Translations under genes and position numbers: made by a program
From: Marsupella aquatica
Taxonomy: Eukaryota; Plantae; Marchantiophyta
Reading direction: 5' to 3'
Length of the DNA stretch: 64,000 bases
NCBI GenBank assembly: GCA_973895155.1
Contig: OZ316898.1
Location: 18,611,292 to 18,675,291, forward strand
Notes under the pieces: model-generated
What the model was told of the DNA's origin: nothing
The model's input: the letters and a program-made list of their open reading frames with translations, nothing else
The model's database searches: none
Shown here: positions 59,850-64,000 of the stretch, piece after piece
How positions within the stretch are numbered: the stretch's first letter is position 1
How the letters are laid out: every line of letters begins with the position of its first letter

Positions 59850-62800
59850 ATGAAAGATAGCTCGACGGAGCCTTTGCTCAGTGGGTATGCGAGGGATGGA
59901 GGAGAGGTCTCGCGAATTGAGGAAAATGGAATGCAACACAGTGCCGCAGATGCAGAAGAGTCAGGATGGCTGTTGGCCGAGCTCAAGAAGCAGTTCTGGC
60001 TGGCAGGGCCGATGGTTTGTGTGGGATTGCTTCAGTATTCCCTTCACCTCATCTCAGTCATGTTCGTCGGGCATTTGGGAAAGCTCGAACTTGCCAGCGC
60101 TTCGATAGCCATCTCATTCGCTGGCGTGACTGGATTCAGCGTCCTGGTAATCAATCTTTTCGTTTCTCTTGCAGAATTTCACATAATTCTGCTCGTGTTC
60201 TGGCAATGTACTGCAATGCCTTTGAGGTTAGTACTCAGGTGATAGGTCCCAGTGTGACTCTCTCATCAACCGGCTGAACTGTTTTGGTAATGAAACTGCA
60301 TCAATTTAGGAGGAATTGACTGTTAGAGGAGGGGCTTTAGCTGATTACTTTGTTCCGTACCATTTTGGAATGAGACTAATCTGAAGAAAGAGATTTCCAA
60401 CCGTGGATTGCTGCTGAATACTCTGTTGTATACGAGTTCGGATTAGATTCTGAAAGGGAGTTTCCACAGTCTATTGCTGCTGAGTTTTAAAATTAGATTT
60501 GGGTTCCGTATCAATGTGAGATGAGTCCCATCTTGTAAAGGAGATTGCTGTAGTCCATTGCTGCTAGTTGTCTGTGGCACAGCAATCCGAGTGTAGCTCT
60601 GGACATTCAGAAGGGATTTCTTTCATTCAGTTGCTTCTATGAATCTGAGATAATTGTTTTATGCAATTTTCCAGATTGGAATGGCCTGCGCGTTGGAAAC
60701 GCTCTGCGGGCAAGCGTATGGGGCAAAACAGTATCACTTGCTGGGAATTCAAATGCAGCGGGCAATTCTGGTCCTGAATATCACAAGCATTCCGATCGCC
60801 TTCGTCTGGCTCAGTACGGGTCCACTTCTTCTGGCACTGGGGCAGGACCCTGAGATTTCTGAGTACGCAGGCCAGTATGCCCGCTGGATGCTGCCGAGTC
60901 TCTTCGCCTATGCAACATTGCAACCCGTTGTGAAGTTCCTGCAGACACAGAGCGCTGTGTTGCCGATGGCGCTGTGCTCCGCATTGACGTTGTGCCTTCA
61001 TGTCCCTTTGTGCTGGATGATGATTTTCAAGCTGGGAGTGGGATACCGTGGTGCTGCCATTTCCATCGGAATGTCTCAGTGGCTCAATGTGATCTTCCTG
61101 GTGACATATGTCAAACTTAGCCCCACTTGTAAGGAGACTTGGACTGGGTTTTCCACCAAGGCCTTTCAGGACATGAACATCTTCTTCAAGCTCGCAGTTC
61201 CCTCTGCCGTTATGGTGTGGTAAGTTCCATGACTTTGATTGTTCCAAACAAGATTTTAGGGGATAGCGTAATTTATCCATTCCGATGGAAAATCCATTGC
61301 AACAATTTATCTATGGGAAAGAATAGATGTTTTCAATGCAAATTTTCATAGTGCACAGTTGCAAATATTCATTGTTATCTGCGTGACATTTTTTAGAGTA
61401 ATCTATCGAGTGGCAAGATTTCATTCAGCTCGAGTTCTCTTTGGGGTTAGGCAATCCTGAACAGAAATCTTGGGCGTAGGATTCTTGAAACCTGTGTTGA
61501 TTGAGGGATCCAGTGGTGTATATCATCAATTGAAAGTTTGACTTTGAGGTTACTCAGTTTCAAATACCGATCCAGGGCATAGTATTCCCCTCCTTCAAGC
61601 CATATTACATTCATCCATCCAGTGGCACATCTCATCTCCAGCGCAATTGACGTTGGGGTCCCGAATGTACTGCCATATATCTAGCTGTGTTGATAGTAGA
61701 TGATCGTTTTCTTGTGTACTGGTTATGCGTTCCACCTACCGATAGAGTGATGGATGCATTGCATTGTTTAGACAGACTGACTTCGTCCACTTCCCACTTC
61801 GTGATCTTCAAGTTTCTACGGTTTGAACTTCAAATTGCGACCGGGGTAAATTATTTGGTCTCTGCAGCATTCAGATCGTACTTTTGCAAATACCTCACAC
61901 ATTAAGCAGTTTCGAATCTCATTCTTTTCGACAGCACACATGGGCTTGTCATGATTCGTTTCTCAACCTAGTATTTAATTCTGTGTCTGTGGCACGGGCA
62001 GTTTGGAGTACTGGTCGTTTGAGTTTATCGTTCTACTGTCGGGGTGGCTGCCAAACCCTCAATTGGAGATGGCAGTTCTCTCTATCAGGTATAATGTCCA
62101 TTCTCCCTCTTCCACGAGGATTCCAAATTTATGCACACAGTTTTGAGTTTTTTTTCTAGTTATTTATAGTCCTCACAATACTTTACTGTTTAAGTATGTT
62201 ATCGTGATATGATATTAGGTCTTGGTGTTGAAGAGGGCACTTTATATCCCGCAACCAATCTGGCTCGAACCTCTTGTTCATCCTTCACTGAAAGATCGGA
62301 TTGGACAACACAGTGAGGACCATTTTACGAAAATTTAGAAACGTTGAGGGACAAATTTAAGATGAAGCGTTTGTGCAAAATCTCATTTTCATATGAGTTT
62401 CATGTGTGGCTGACTGCAGTCTGAATTCAATAGCACTCATGAACATGATTCCTGCGGGAATCGGTGCATCCACAAGGTGAGTTCCTTCGTATCAAACGAC
62501 CCACCTAGACAACACCATCTTCGTGGAAAATTGATGAAAGAAAGGATAGGAGCAGCTCGTTTGTGTGGTCTCTTGAGTCGAATGGTCCAAAGAACAATGC
62601 ATTCCCTTCAATGATTCGAAACTCTGGGGTCATTTTATGCTGATTCATTTCTCGACTCCCGTCAGCACTAAAGCTCTTAAATATTGAGTGGTGATTGTGT
62701 AGCACGAGAGTGTCCAACGAGTTGGGTGCTGGAAAAGCTTCAGCAGGAGAGAAGGCAGCATTGGTTGGATTCTCATTAGGTGTCGGAGAAGGCATAATCA

Positions 62801-64000
62801 TGTCGAGCATCGCCTTTGCAGCGCGACATGTATGGGGATACGCATTCACCAGCGAACCCGAAGTGGTTGACTACGTTGCGGAGATTATGCCCTTTCTTTC
62901 TGTGCTAACAATTCTGGACGCTTCTACAGCAGTTTTGAGTGGTAACACCTCTTTATTCAATTCTAGCCATTAATAACTAGTCACCTTCAAAATTTGTAGT
63001 GGAAAGATCGGACTAGGTGTCGATATTCCTCTTGCCGAATTTATCAACGCGGAAGTGTTGGTTTAATTCCTCTCGATGTAGACTTGTTGTCTTTTCTTAC
63101 ATTTCCTTTACACTGCGAAAGCTGTGCACCCAATTGTACAAATCTACCTTGCTCTCTTGGAGTTTTGCTTGCATGTTGGACATTCTGTTTTACAGAGATT
63201 GTATTCTTTTACAGGTGTGACAAGAGGATGTGGAAATCAAGCGTTGGGAGCTTACACTAATCTGGGTGCATTTTACGTTGTCGGTCTACCATTGGCCATG
63301 ATCTCGGCATTCTATTATAAGCTGAATGGCAAAGTACTCTTCGAAACGACAGTGAATGTGATAGTAGAGTACAAGTCGTTTGGAGAGTTTTTTGACCTTT
63401 GCACTCTCTGCGACAATCCTTTGTACAATTTTCTCATTCTGACAGGCACAAAAAAAAGCCAAGCCACTTTGGATACTAAGGAGAATGACTATGCTTTTGT
63501 GACTGTGAATTGGATTTGGGGGTCAGACATCCTCATTTTCTGAGAACGAAAATCTCTTTGATGTCAAGTTTGCTGTGTTGGTTTCACACACTTCATTTCA
63601 ACTGAGTCCTAACCTTTTGGAACTTTCTTGAACAGGGTCTTTGGATCGGTATGATTTCTGCTCTTGCTTGTCAGACAGTATCCCTGGGAGGCATCGCTAT
63701 GTTCTCCAATTGGGAGAAACAGGTATATCACCTTGTTCCAAAACCCGGGAGCTGTTTTTGCATGCAATGTCTTTGCTGATGGAAGTGTCCGGCCCCAGCT
63801 GTATTCGAGCATTGTTGAGTACCAATTTCTTCAATTCCCTCGCTGAATAAACAATTTTAGCATGTCTAAATATAGAACAGCTTTCAGACCTTAGCATGAA
63901 CTTCTACTTGGGACTCTCACCTAGACAGTGAGCTCATTGAAGGACATGTGATACAATTTACAGGCTAAGGACGCGCTTAGTCGTATCTATACTGATCGTA
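59850..64000 (+). CDS. MATE efflux / DETOXIFICATION-family transporter (3' end beyond the window)
   Basis: Exons 59850-60146, 60675-61219, 62002-62088, 62420-62476, 62703-62941, 63215-63333, 63636-63722, 63964 to window end. Motifs ISVMFVGHLGKLELA, GMACALETLCGQAYGA, LEYWSFE, STRVSNELGAG, GVTRGCG and GLWIGM; N-terminal EPLL. Confidence 0.95.

Overview
Eukaryotic, intron-rich land-plant DNA, most likely from a bryophyte such as a liverwort. That assignment is inferred from a plant-type U6 snRNA and plant housekeeping genes occurring together with a flagellar N-DRC gene, which implies motile sperm. Genes supported by hand-built, frame-checked exon models: U6 snRNA (-), a 77-aa Pro/His/Gly-rich small ORF (-), a 17-exon IQCA1/DRC11-like IQ+AAA gene (-), intronless SRP14 (-), LYRM4/ISD11 (-), a glucose/ribitol-dehydrogenase-type SDR (-), SYS1 (-), a DsPTP1-like dual-specificity phosphatase (+), a single-exon RNI-type LRR protein with a C-terminal TM helix (-), and a MATE/DTX transporter (+, running off the window). 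Intergenic DNA holds non-autonomous DNA transposons (two related MULE-like elements with 10-bp TSDs, a MITE with an 8-bp TSD and atypical ends, and a foldback element) plus many local tandem repeats. The best-supported unusual observation is a U12-type (minor spliceosome) intron that splits the IQ motif of DRC11. The most speculative is an array of B-box-like motifs upstream of a U6 gene whose USE is non-canonical. I found no autonomous transposase, CRISPR array or defence-type system. All calls come from reading the sequence; no database search was run.
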